From IMG/VR virus record IMGVR_UViG_2925597055_000005, positions 1 to 64,000 of that record: a stretch of 64,000 nt of DNA; one strand, 5' to 3'. The stretch is from an uncultured virus (IMG/VR IMGVR_UViG_2925597055_000005) (Duplodnaviria; Heunggongvirae; Uroviricota; Caudoviricetes). The translations under genes and the position numbers were made by a program. Under the pieces are notes generated by a model. That model saw nothing but the letters and a program-made list of their open reading frames with translations. It did not search any database and had not been told where the DNA came from. This document shows, in pieces, positions 55,472 through 64,000 of this stretch. The first letter of the stretch is position 1. Each line of letters begins with the position of its first letter.

Positions 55472-56636
55472 TTAAAACCTCTCCTTTAATTAATTTTTTG
55501 AATTTTAGGAATGGTCTAAGCGCTCGTGAGTCAGCTCCTGCTTTCTCAAGCTCTTTCGCTACTAACCTAGCAAAAAAGAAGTTTTCTTGACAGAAAAAAG
55601 ACTCTAGGCAATTATACATTACATCTATTGACTTTTCCGCTGTGTTTTCGAAAAATATTATAAAATTGTCTTTATCGCCCCTCTCTAATATCGTATGTAA
55701 CTTCGCTAAAGAAATTTTCCCATTTCTCGCTTTCTGATATGCTCTCAGTCTGAAGTTAGAGTCTTCATCAAGCTCGACACCATGAAAGACTTTAGCGAAA
55801 TCTAAATTAAACTTTGCCTCTTGGATATACTGCAAATCGCCCACTTCACGCATTAACTCGTAACTTTTCCGGAGATTATACAAACAGACATTTTTATCAT
55901 CCGGTAAGTACGACATCCCTATAACATAATATGCATCAGATTTCTTTTTCGCGGATATATTTGCATTAATAATGGATTCAGCAAAATCCCGAGCAGATTT
56001 TACATCATTAAGTTGCAAACTAATAGGCGCCAATAATTCACAGACCCTGAACGTTAAGCATTCTTTATAAAAGGTTTCTCGCGGCCCTAGGTTTGTTATA
56101 TCCTTCTGGATTTCCGAGACTTCATTTATTATTTTTTGTATGTCACCTTCAAAATAGTTGTTATACTGTCGAATGATATTCATTAAGATCAAAAGTGGTT
56201 TACTTGTTATATTGTGGAGTCTTCCAATTGCATCCTTCAGTTCAAAACCACTCAACGTTCCTACCATATAGTTATAAACAATACGGTACACTTCCACCGT
56301 CTGTTTAAGCACTCCGTCAGTATTTTGATGAAGTAGTAATAATCTTTTTAAAAGGGGAGCGTTTGTAGTAATTGCGGAGTATTCAAATGAGTTTTTTATT
56401 GTTTCTGTCCGGGTGATGTGCAAACACCATTCTGACAAAATTTCCTGGCTTCCCTTTCCTGTTTCTCTTGAAATCAGTTGAGCAAATTTAATAAGTTTCT
56501 TGAAACTTATTTTACCTTTCTTGAAAAAATCCCTATATGCACTTTCACTCATTCCAACAAACTCCATAACATCCGTCTTTTTTATGGCATCGTGGTCTTC
56601 AATAAAATCATGCACCATTTTTGTGATGTATTCCAA
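55410..56636 (-). CDS. aimR: AimR family arbitrium receptor (HTH plus TPR-like helices)
   Basis: 408 aa; N-terminal HTH, NSFEYS, all-helical, C-terminal ENFFFARL; followed by a secreted peptide gene. Confidence 0.85.
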   Translation of the reverse strand: MEYITKMVHDFIEDHDAIKKTDVMEFVGMSESAYRDFFKKGKISFKKLIKFAQLISRETGKGSQEILSEWCLHITRTETIKNSFEYSAITTNAPLLKRLLLLHQNTDGVLKQTVEVYRIVYNYMVGTLSGFELKDAIGRLHNITSKPLLILMNIIRQYNNYFEGDIQKIINEVSEIQKDITNLGPRETFYKECLTFRVCELLAPISLQLNDVKSARDFAESIINANISAKKKSDAYYVIGMSYLPDDKNVCLYNLRKSYELMREVGDLQYIQEAKFNLDFAKVFHGVELDEDSNFRLRAYQKARNGKISLAKLHTILERGDKDNFIIFFENTAEKSIDVMYNCLESFFCQENFFFARLVAKELEKAGADSRALRPFLKFKKLIKGEVLIEKDIISHFNRSDGGSRICI

Positions 56637-56694
56637 GTGAGCCTACCTCCCTGATTATCTATTTAAATTCGATCAGCAACTTTTAACTAACTCA

Positions 56695-56724
56695 ATTATA
56701 ATTATTGCATTATCGATATGTCAA
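56695..56724 (-). promoter_or_regulatory. SigA promoter of aimR
   Basis: TTGACA-N18-TATAAT. Confidence 0.75.
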
Positions 56725-56797
56725 TAATAATTTTCGGTAGTTTTTGTTAAAGTGATAATATAAAATATACTGGACACCTTTACGAATGGAGGTGTTT

Positions 56798-57031
56798 ATT
56801 ACGTTTAAGGTCGGCAAATGTCGGATACCCGAACTATGCAAGAAACGTGGAATTAGTCTCAGTCAACTCGCAGCAATGGTCGGAGTATCAAAAACGCACA
56901 TGTCCGATTACGTCAGCCTTCGGAATCTGCCGAGCATCGAACGAACCTACAATATCGCGATGATGCTCGGCTGTGCGCCCGAAGAGCTGTACGAATGGAT
57001 TGAGGTATCCGACAGCAACACGGAGGGTTAA
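56798..57031 (+). CDS. XRE-family HTH regulator divergent from aimR (start uncertain, ATT or ACG)
   Basis: RGISLSQLAAMVGVSKTHMSDY; RBS GGAGGTG overlaps the ORF-track ATG. Confidence 0.8.
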   Translation: MTFKVGKCRIPELCKKRGISLSQLAAMVGVSKTHMSDYVSLRNLPSIERTYNIAMMLGCAPEELYEWIEVSDSNTEG

Positions 57032-57047
57032 TACAACCTCCGCCGAC

Positions 57048-58043
57048 CTAAAGTACGGGTATTCCCGAACCTAAACGTAAAGTATTTCTTACGACCTCCG
57101 CACGATCATACACGTCTCGCAACGCTTCTGTACCGCGCTTTATAAGTAGTTCATCAGCGTCTTTCACCTCCGTAATATAACCGTGCGCAAGCCGCACCTT
57201 TCCGATCAAATAACGCTCAATCTCCCGCCGTAACTTTTCGCCAGCTTTGTCGTTATCTGTAACCACCGTTAAATATTCGATAGGTGACTGCGCAATTATG
57301 TCCGCCTTCTGTAAATTAAATGTGCTGCCACCGGTTCCGATCGCCGGTATGCCCGCAGACCGCCACGCCATGGCATCGATCTCGGCCTCGCATATCACCG
57401 CACTTTTAATCCGCTGCGCATATACGAGATCCATTCCGTAAACTAAATACCGGATAGGCATGCCGCCTTTTACGTACCAGAACGCCTTTCCCTTCGTTGC
57501 CCTGTACTTAACGTTAGCCAGCCGCCCGTTAGGAAGCCGCCAAGGAATCGCGACTGCATTTCCGGCAAGCGATACGCTGGCCTCTTCTTGTACCGCGCCT
57601 GCAATGCCCCGGCCCGTCAGGTAAGCGTTAGGCCCCGACATTGTGTCCGCGAGGACCGATTCCGCTAAAGGCTCCGGCTTCGTGACGGCCTTTAATTTCG
57701 GAAGCCGCAGCGCCATACGCCCGCCTTCAGCCGCCGGTGCATACGTTTCCAATAAGTACTCGATTGCGTCGTCTTCGGTTTCGCCACGCAGGAAAGCGAG
57801 CAGTTTAACGAACCCGCCCCGCGCAAACTCTTCGTCATAGGCGCCCGAGTCGCCCCAATAGCCGGCCTTTGCCGACGCTGTGTCTTCGAGGTAAACGTAA
57901 AAGCTCGGCGTCCGATCGTATCTGAATGGACTGGCGGCCAACAGACGTTCATCGCCCCACGTCGGCCGGGTCCAATCGAATTGTTCGAGTTCATACCGAA
58001 TGTCAACGTCTACAAAACGTCCATTCAAAGTTAATATCGGCAA
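57048..58043 (-). CDS. DNA primase (TOPRIM)
   Basis: SPFRYDRTPSF, NVKYR, ICEAEIDAM, TDNDKAG, KDADE. Confidence 0.85.
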   Translation of the reverse strand: MPILTLNGRFVDVDIRYELEQFDWTRPTWGDERLLAASPFRYDRTPSFYVYLEDTASAKAGYWGDSGAYDEEFARGGFVKLLAFLRGETEDDAIEYLLETYAPAAEGGRMALRLPKLKAVTKPEPLAESVLADTMSGPNAYLTGRGIAGAVQEEASVSLAGNAVAIPWRLPNGRLANVKYRATKGKAFWYVKGGMPIRYLVYGMDLVYAQRIKSAVICEAEIDAMAWRSAGIPAIGTGGSTFNLQKADIIAQSPIEYLTVVTDNDKAGEKLRREIERYLIGKVRLAHGYITEVKDADELLIKRGTEALRDVYDRAEVVRNTLRLGSGIPVL

Positions 58044-58177
58044 TTCGAGACACTTCCTTTCGAGACTTGTAAATTATATTACGACATTGTTACGAGAATT
58101 ACAGTCGCAATTTGTCGAAAATATTCAAAAATTTAGATGTAATTGTTGACAATATCATCCGGTAAATTCCAATCGCT

Positions 58178-59596
58178 CTAAAACTCGAACACGTCCGCAG
58201 CCCCGGCGCCTGTTTCCGGCTGTTTCACCACGCCGATTTGCGGCAGATAGATAATTTCTGCGACTTCCCCTTCGCCGCCATCGCGCCCTTTATTCAATCC
58301 GATTAAGCCGCGTCCTTCTTTCGCGTTCGTGTCAACCGCAATCAATAACGCAGCATCTTCGAGCAGGGCTTTCGTTTTCTTGACGCCTTTACGTTGCGGT
58401 AAACTCAGTTCTCGCTCTCCGTCGTCGCCCGCCTTTTCGTCATCCTCATCCGCCTGTGTGAGCGCAAAGATAGTCGCTTTCGTATGCCCGGCAAGACGTC
58501 GCAATTTTTGCGAAGTATTAGCCGCATCCCCACCCGCAGTCTTTGACGTGTTGGCTTCGTAATCGAGGTAATAAAACGGATCTACGAGCACGACGTCGGC
58601 CTTCGTTTCGATAATGTCCGATTTTAGATCGCGCAATGTACGAGAGACGAAATCTTCATCGTCGACGGCTCGCACCGTAATATTACCCGGAAGGATTTCG
58701 TTGAGCCGATCGAGGAATTCCATAAAACCCGCCTCAAACTCGTCGGATAGTTTGCCCTGCCGGACATCGCGAGAATTGAATCCGCCCGGTCCTAAGTAAC
58801 CGATATCACGTTCCATATTGACGCCTTCTAACGGATTATTGTCGATGCCGAATTCTCCTGAAATTGATACGTATAAGCGCACAAGCACTTCGTACCAGCC
58901 CATTTCCATCGACCATATTAGAACGTTCGCCCCCTGCATCGCGCAGTTAATGACTTCCTCTAACGCTATGGCCGATTTACCCCGGCCCGACTTTCCGTAG
59001 ATCACGTACACGTTCGACGAAACGTAGCCGCCCATCGCCTTATTGACAAAGTCGAATTTGCTGCGCCAGATCCGGAAGGATTCGCCGGCCTTACGGTTTT
59101 CATATTCCGTTTTAAATTTGTCGATGTCTCGTTTGATATCCGTACCAACCGAATTTCGAACGTTTGTTCTCATTTTAAGACTTTCGGCCTGCCCCGTCAA
59201 CCACTCGAAGAATTTTCCCATATCACCGCTTTTTTGCGCTTCAATAAATCGTTTTTCGAGCTGCGGCTCCTGAACTTGGCGATTGGTTTCCGGATCAATA
59301 CGGCCGTTCATCAGCTCGATAAATTCGCGCTCGGCCGCCCGGTCCTTGAGATTTTTCGCAAGGTAATCGTAACTGGCTTCGATATTAAAATCCGGTTGGA
59401 AGTCCGGCACCTCATTCGCAACCATCTCGGCCGTCGGCGCTTGGCCTCGGTATTTCTCCGCGTAATCCATGACGTACCGGAAGGCCTTGCGTTCGCCCTG
59501 CGTTTGGAAGTCGGCTTCCGAAACATTGAATCGCAGCAGGGCGTTCGGATCGTTCGCTTCGATGGCTTTCGATATTAGCAAAGTTCCATAGTTCAT
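58178..59596 (-). CDS. DnaB-like replicative helicase
   Basis: GKSGRGKS, WSMEM, VLVDPFY, LTQA, KGRDG. Confidence 0.9.
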   Translation of the reverse strand: MNYGTLLISKAIEANDPNALLRFNVSEADFQTQGERKAFRYVMDYAEKYRGQAPTAEMVANEVPDFQPDFNIEASYDYLAKNLKDRAAEREFIELMNGRIDPETNRQVQEPQLEKRFIEAQKSGDMGKFFEWLTGQAESLKMRTNVRNSVGTDIKRDIDKFKTEYENRKAGESFRIWRSKFDFVNKAMGGYVSSNVYVIYGKSGRGKSAIALEEVINCAMQGANVLIWSMEMGWYEVLVRLYVSISGEFGIDNNPLEGVNMERDIGYLGPGGFNSRDVRQGKLSDEFEAGFMEFLDRLNEILPGNITVRAVDDEDFVSRTLRDLKSDIIETKADVVLVDPFYYLDYEANTSKTAGGDAANTSQKLRRLAGHTKATIFALTQADEDDEKAGDDGERELSLPQRKGVKKTKALLEDAALLIAVDTNAKEGRGLIGLNKGRDGGEGEVAEIIYLPQIGVVKQPETGAGAADVFEF

Positions 59597-59817
59597 GCGC
59601 GCTCCTCCCTTCGATTTTTACGAAAGACAATCGATTCGACCGCTTTGTCTACAAGGCCCCCAATAGCTTCCGTTAAAAAATCCGCCCCTAATCCGATTAA
59701 ATATATTGCGTACAACGGTAAATGGATCGGCATTAAAGCGTAATTAATTGCGGTTGTAATGCGTGTCTTTCTAATCCATTCAGCGTCCGTATAAACGTAT
59801 CTAATTCTGCGCTTCAT
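59593..59817 (-). CDS. Small membrane protein
   Basis: Hydrophobic core, coupled ORF. Confidence 0.5.
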   Translation of the reverse strand: MKRRIRYVYTDAEWIRKTRITTAINYALMPIHLPLYAIYLIGLGADFLTEAIGGLVDKAVESIVFRKNRREERA

Positions 59818-60323
59818 TCGCCCGCCTCCCGTCTCAATTTCGCCATCACAGCGTCAGCCTTCGTTTTATATTCCGCATCCCCGAACGTCTCGTACAGGCG
59901 CGTGTAATCGTTATATTCGTCCAGTAGCTCGTCAGTCTTCCGTTTCGCAATGGCCGCCTGTTCCCTCTTCGGCGTTTCCTTCGGCCCTTTCGCCATCCCA
60001 ACCGCCTCCTTTTTCGCGTAACCTATTCCGAAAGAATAATCATCCGTAAAGTGAAACGCCGCGCCCGACGGCTCCGGATAATTCGTCTCGTCGTACTCTA
60101 GAAGGTAATCTTCCGCGAACTGTTTCCGGCAGACCAGCCGCATATCCGTTTTGCGCGCGTCGAGGAATTCACCGTTAATGGCGTCGGTCAGTTCGAACTC
60201 GACGTATTCACTTACGCCCCACTCATCGGTTTCCTTTACTTCGCGCCAAGCATCTACGTAGAATATCCGATTTTCGTACCCGGCAACCGAGACGATATCT
60301 CCGAAGGTGAATTCCGTTTTCAT
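59814..60323 (-). CDS. IDEAL-domain-like hypothetical protein
   Basis: FTFGDIV start; DELLDEYNDY...FGDAEY. Confidence 0.55.
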   Translation of the reverse strand: MKTEFTFGDIVSVAGYENRIFYVDAWREVKETDEWGVSEYVEFELTDAINGEFLDARKTDMRLVCRKQFAEDYLLEYDETNYPEPSGAAFHFTDDYSFGIGYAKKEAVGMAKGPKETPKREQAAIAKRKTDELLDEYNDYTRLYETFGDAEYKTKADAVMAKLRREAGE

Positions 60324-61102
60324 CTACGCATCCCCCTTTTCGATTCGCCGACGAATTCAATCTCGCGGCATAAGTCGCCAACCCGATCGGCCAGACGTCG
60401 CTCACCGAATACTTGCCAAAGCTGATCGAGCGCAATGTTGCTCGTGTAGATTGTCGGTAGTTGATTCGTTACTCTTGCGTTAATAACGGTGTGTAAATCG
60501 CCGCGGAAGCCGTCCGTTGCATCGCGTACTCCTATATCGTCCAGCACCGCAAATGGCGCCGCTTTAGCCGCTTCTAATGCGCGATAGTAACGGGCCGCCG
60601 CCGGCTCTGCGACTGAATCCGGAACACGCGGGCGGTTGAATTCGTTATAGTCGTTCTGCCATGCGTTCACGTCGAGGAAATACGCCGGCCGTTGTAACGG
60701 TTCGAGGCCGCGCCGCAGGGAGCCGCTATAATGGACGCGCAACCATTCGTTAAGAAGTGCGGCGGCCGTCGTCGTCTTTCCGGTGCCGGGCGATTCGCTT
60801 ACGAGGTACAGCGACTTGATGCGATCCGCTGCCGCTACCGAACCGGATTGCTGATCAAATTGACGATTAAATGTAGACGCGTAAGCATAAGCCGCTTTAT
60901 AAGCCTCCGCTTGATCACCACGCGCCGGCGAATTCTGTAGCGTCACGAGCCGGTACTCACGTGGAAGCCCTGCCGCCCCTGATCGTCCACCTTCGCCTGA
61001 TGCGCCGTGCATCGCGATAAAATGCGTACAGTGCCGTGTACATGCGTCGGTCCCGGCCGATTTGCATCCGTCAGCGAGTACGCAATTGTTTTCGTTAGTC
61101 AT
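60320..61102 (-). CDS. DnaC/IstB-like AAA+ helicase loader
   Basis: SPGTGKTT, VLDDIG, PTIYTSN, RLADR. Confidence 0.85.
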   Translation of the reverse strand: MTNENNCVLADGCKSAGTDACTRHCTHFIAMHGASGEGGRSGAAGLPREYRLVTLQNSPARGDQAEAYKAAYAYASTFNRQFDQQSGSVAAADRIKSLYLVSESPGTGKTTTAAALLNEWLRVHYSGSLRRGLEPLQRPAYFLDVNAWQNDYNEFNRPRVPDSVAEPAAARYYRALEAAKAAPFAVLDDIGVRDATDGFRGDLHTVINARVTNQLPTIYTSNIALDQLWQVFGERRLADRVGDLCREIEFVGESKRGMRR

Positions 61103-61121
61103 ATTCGCGGACCTCCTTTCG

Positions 61122-61274
61122 TTAGTGCTTGCGCAGAGTAAACTCCGCTTTTACTTCCCGATTCCATTGATTGAGTACAAACCTTCCTTTGGCCGCCACG
61201 TAGCCTCGTTGCTTAAGCCACTGGACCATCGCTTCAACGATCTCCGCCTCACTCATCGTATATTTTAAAGTCAT
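61122..61274 (-). CDS. 50-aa hypothetical protein
   Basis: RBS GAGGTG; MTLKYTMSEAEIVEAMVQWLK... Confidence 0.45.
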   Translation of the reverse strand: MTLKYTMSEAEIVEAMVQWLKQRGYVAAKGRFVLNQWNREVKAEFTLRKH

Positions 61275-62053
61275 TCGCCCACCTCTTCGCGTGAGTCGTC
61301 AATGATTCTATATCCGTATTTACGCGCATCTTTCAAGTAAATTACTGAACCACTGGAAAAAGGCGGCCAACTGTCGTCTTCAATAACTAGTGCTTTGTTA
61401 ACCCCGCTATCATCCGATATAACATCGCCCACACGAACCTCAGTCGGCTGCGGAGCGTTTAAGTATTCGTCTGGCACCGCCAAGCCTAACGCACGTCTTA
61501 GCGCGATTGCTTTACCGATATGGACGTTGAAGCAGTCGTCAGGGGCGGCTTTGGCGATTCCTTTTGCGTAAACCTTCCCGGTGCGGAGGCCTTTTAATAG
61601 CGCAACAACTGCTCGTTTATCGCTATTCACTACGAACTCCACTTTACAGGTTGCGACACTCCCCGTACCCGTTACATATCGTACGCCATCACCGTAATTA
61701 GACAGCTTCTCAACGTCCGCCTTCGACTGCTCAACGATTTCATCACGGCGGGCTTGTGCTCGATCTTTAATCGCCTCCTGTCCGCTCTTAGCGACTTTCT
61801 TCATTTCCTCGTTGTGGAGAAACGCAGTATATTCAATTGTCTGCCGAATAACGAGGACATCTTTTCGTTCGTTTGCGTAGGCTTTTACGAATGCTTCTGA
61901 ATATGGTGCCCCGATTAGAATATCGCCGAACCTCGACTTGCTTCCGATATAATCCTCGCCTACCTTTTCGAATACTGTGCTCGCACTATCAATAGCCGTT
62001 TTATTTACGCTTTCCATTCCGTCAGCCTCCTCGTTTTTAACTTCGTTATTCAC
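61271..62053 (-). CDS. Hypothetical phage protein
   Basis: KGIAKAAPDDCFNVHIGKAIALRRALG motif. Confidence 0.6.
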   Translation of the reverse strand: MNNEVKNEEADGMESVNKTAIDSASTVFEKVGEDYIGSKSRFGDILIGAPYSEAFVKAYANERKDVLVIRQTIEYTAFLHNEEMKKVAKSGQEAIKDRAQARRDEIVEQSKADVEKLSNYGDGVRYVTGTGSVATCKVEFVVNSDKRAVVALLKGLRTGKVYAKGIAKAAPDDCFNVHIGKAIALRRALGLAVPDEYLNAPQPTEVRVGDVISDDSGVNKALVIEDDSWPPFSSGSVIYLKDARKYGYRIIDDSREEVGE

Positions 62054-62426
62054 TTACCCGCAACCACTTTTCCGCTGTTTTGATCGCGATCTCTGCGTGC
62101 TCAATCGTCAAGGGTTCCGTTCTCTCATCCGTCATAAATACTGCGTTACCGACCCTTCCGCGCTCTTTATACCACATCATTACGACATAGCCGCCAAACC
62201 CTTCGTAAGTATCAGGCGCATAATTATCGTTTAAAGGTACGTATCCTATTGATCCGCAAGAATCATCGTCTCGATCGGAATGTCCTAGTTCCTCCGATAA
62301 CCTGCGCAGTTTACCCATCGTTGCACACGCCCAGTTATCCGGCGAAAACACGCCATTTTCGAAAGCGCAAACCGGATCAGATCCGTGCCAAGTCTTGCCG
62401 CGTTCTCTACATAATCGACATACCAT
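62046..62426 (-). CDS. Cys-rich hypothetical protein
   Basis: RBS GAGGAGG; several Cys. Confidence 0.55.
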   Translation of the reverse strand: MVCRLCRERGKTWHGSDPVCAFENGVFSPDNWACATMGKLRRLSEELGHSDRDDDSCGSIGYVPLNDNYAPDTYEGFGGYVVMMWYKERGRVGNAVFMTDERTEPLTIEHAEIAIKTAEKWLRVSE

Positions 62427-62444
62427 TCCGCAATCCCTCCTCGT

Positions 62445-62813
62445 TTAAAACCATGTATTATCTACGCCTTCATTGCGATCGGCTCTTTGCTGTTCGGCTG
62501 CCAGACCGCTCACCGCCCGCTGTAAATTTCGTCCCATGTACGTCTGCATAAATCCGAAGCTCAAGCCCGGATATTCAAGCGACGGTTTATATTCCGCGAA
62601 GCACAGATCGATGAATCGCTTCGTTATCTCCGGCCCATATGCGCCCGGCTTTTGTTTCGTACCGACCCAACGTCCGAGCATGCCAGCTTCGGCTTGGTAG
62701 CCGCGAAAAGGTGCGTAAGGGACGTCGTAGAGCCTTTCGTGCTCCGCTTTCAAATACGCTTGGAAATCGCGCGTATTCCACTTGGCGACCGGCTTCGTTT
62801 CATACGTCGTCAT
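62445..62813 (-). CDS. Hypothetical replication-associated protein
   Basis: KWNTRDFQAYL...HERLY; in the replication module. Confidence 0.5.
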   Translation of the reverse strand: MTTYETKPVAKWNTRDFQAYLKAEHERLYDVPYAPFRGYQAEAGMLGRWVGTKQKPGAYGPEITKRFIDLCFAEYKPSLEYPGLSFGFMQTYMGRNLQRAVSGLAAEQQRADRNEGVDNTWF

Positions 62814-63175
62814 CGCGCGTTCACTCCTTCGATTTTGATTCCGAGTAAATTGAGCGTATTGATAACGCCTTCCCTTTCGCATTCAAGGCTGAACGTAACG
62901 CCTCGGGATTGTGCGTCCCGTTGCTTTTCCTGAAGTTCGGCGAAATACTCGCGCACCCGGTCTTCCGGCGTCGCTTCGACTGCGTATCCGTTGATCAATG
63001 CGGCTGCAAGCGTCATAATATTCATGTCTGCGATCGGACCAAATTCCGGAGAGTCCGGTTCCCCACCGAAATATACATCGGCATATTCGAACAAAAACCA
63101 CTCATCTGATACTGCGTCGAGGCTTCGTAAAAATTCGATAGCCTCCGCCTGCTCCTTCGTGATTGTCGGTTTCAT
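62810..63175 (-). CDS. Hypothetical protein
   Basis: ITKEQAEAIE...ALINGYAVE. Confidence 0.55.
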   Translation of the reverse strand: MKPTITKEQAEAIEFLRSLDAVSDEWFLFEYADVYFGGEPDSPEFGPIADMNIMTLAAALINGYAVEATPEDRVREYFAELQEKQRDAQSRGVTFSLECEREGVINTLNLLGIKIEGVNAR

Positions 63176-63387
63176 CTTAGCGCCTCCTTTGCGATTCTAT
63201 TGATTTCCCTAAGAACGATATCTCCCGTAGAAATACTCGATACGGTCGCGATTGTACTAAGCGCAGGAACACAGCGCCGGAGTTCATTATTTCGCAGTTC
63301 AAGACGCGCGTTCTTCGCCTTCAACCGCTCATTCTCGCCAATCATATCCGCCACAGCACAGCGCAATCGTTTAACTTCTTCGGTCAC
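63172..63387 (-). CDS. Coiled-coil hypothetical protein
   Basis: RBS GGAGG, GTG start. Confidence 0.5.
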   Translation of the reverse strand: MTEEVKRLRCAVADMIGENERLKAKNARLELRNNELRRCVPALSTIATVSSISTGDIVLREINRIAKEALR

Positions 63388-63431
63388 TTTAGCGCCTCCA
63401 TTCCGTGTATTTTCGCGTTTTACCGCTTACC

Positions 63432-63755
63432 CTACCAATCGCCCTCGACCGTCAGTAACGCCGCTATTCCCTCGCGAAACTCCCGTATTAATCGTGCTAA
63501 TTCCGAAAGCGATGTCGCATCCGAGTCACGCAGCCGCCGATTCATTACGTCGAGTACGGCGCGTTCGACCGTTGAGTGATACGCTACTTCGCGCCACTTT
63601 TCCTTCGGCGTCGGGTCGGCGTTCGGGTTCTCCGCAAGCTTCTTCGGCCAATTCGGCGACTTCGTCGGGTCGGTGAAATAGCGTTCATTTACGATGATGT
63701 TAAGCGTATCGGACGTTAGTTTGTAATCGGGTGAGATCGGGATTTCAATCGCCAT
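63432..63755 (-). CDS. Hypothetical phage protein (DUF5405-like)
   Basis: YKLTSDTLNIIV...YHSTVE. Confidence 0.5.
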   Translation of the reverse strand: MAIEIPISPDYKLTSDTLNIIVNERYFTDPTKSPNWPKKLAENPNADPTPKEKWREVAYHSTVERAVLDVMNRRLRDSDATSLSELARLIREFREGIAALLTVEGDW

Positions 63756-64000
63756 GGTTGGCGTCGCCTCCTTCGTTAATTAGCCGCCAAACTTTAGCGA
63801 GTAGTTCCGGAACGGAAACCGACAATTCTTCTTTGACCAAAGCGCGAGTTTCCGGCTTGATATCGATTAAGGCTTCGAAAATTGTAGCGAGTTCATATTT
63901 CGTAAACATATCGCACATCCTTCCGTTTATTAATAAGACCTAGCAATCGTTCGCTTACGCTCACTCTTGCGGATGTTCCTAATCGCGATAGAATTATTAT

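Overview
The whole window is part of a temperate siphovirus-type phage or prophage of a Bacillus subtilis-group host (host inferred from gene content). Most genes lie on the minus strand. From right to left they are: replication (DnaC-like loader, DnaB-like helicase, primase); an arbitrium locus (AimR-like receptor plus an unannotated 43-aa AimP with predicted mature signal DIRVGA) directly upstream of a sigma-like gene; SSB, family A DNA polymerase, nucleases and RuvC; nucleotide metabolism (nrdI, a homing-endonuclease-like gene, nrdE, nrdF, dut, thyX, dNMP kinase); an amino-type DNA methyltransferase; sigma-like regulators and a Rep-like gene; an accessory block (ATP-dependent ligase, small membrane peptides, beta-helix protein, poly-gamma-glutamate hydrolase, GT2); then terminase, head, tail and lysis modules and an SOS-boxed yolD-like gene. 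The standout observation is an unannotated 27-codon gene at 32705-32788 (minus strand) with a strong RBS, a candidate promoter and a terminator. It encodes MGMPRGASPLESIIRGAGPAESASRGA: three tandem SPbeta-type arbitrium hexapeptides (GMPRGA, SIIRGA, SASRGA) with no signal peptide, none matching this phage's own signal. It is a candidate multivalent arbitrium mimic against competing phages. Also noted: apparent ATC/ATA start codons on terL, portal and other genes, two candidate phage-sigma promoter motifs, a recombinase with a candidate core site, iteron-like repeats and several structured non-coding elements. No database searches were run; product calls rest on motif recognition and gene order.
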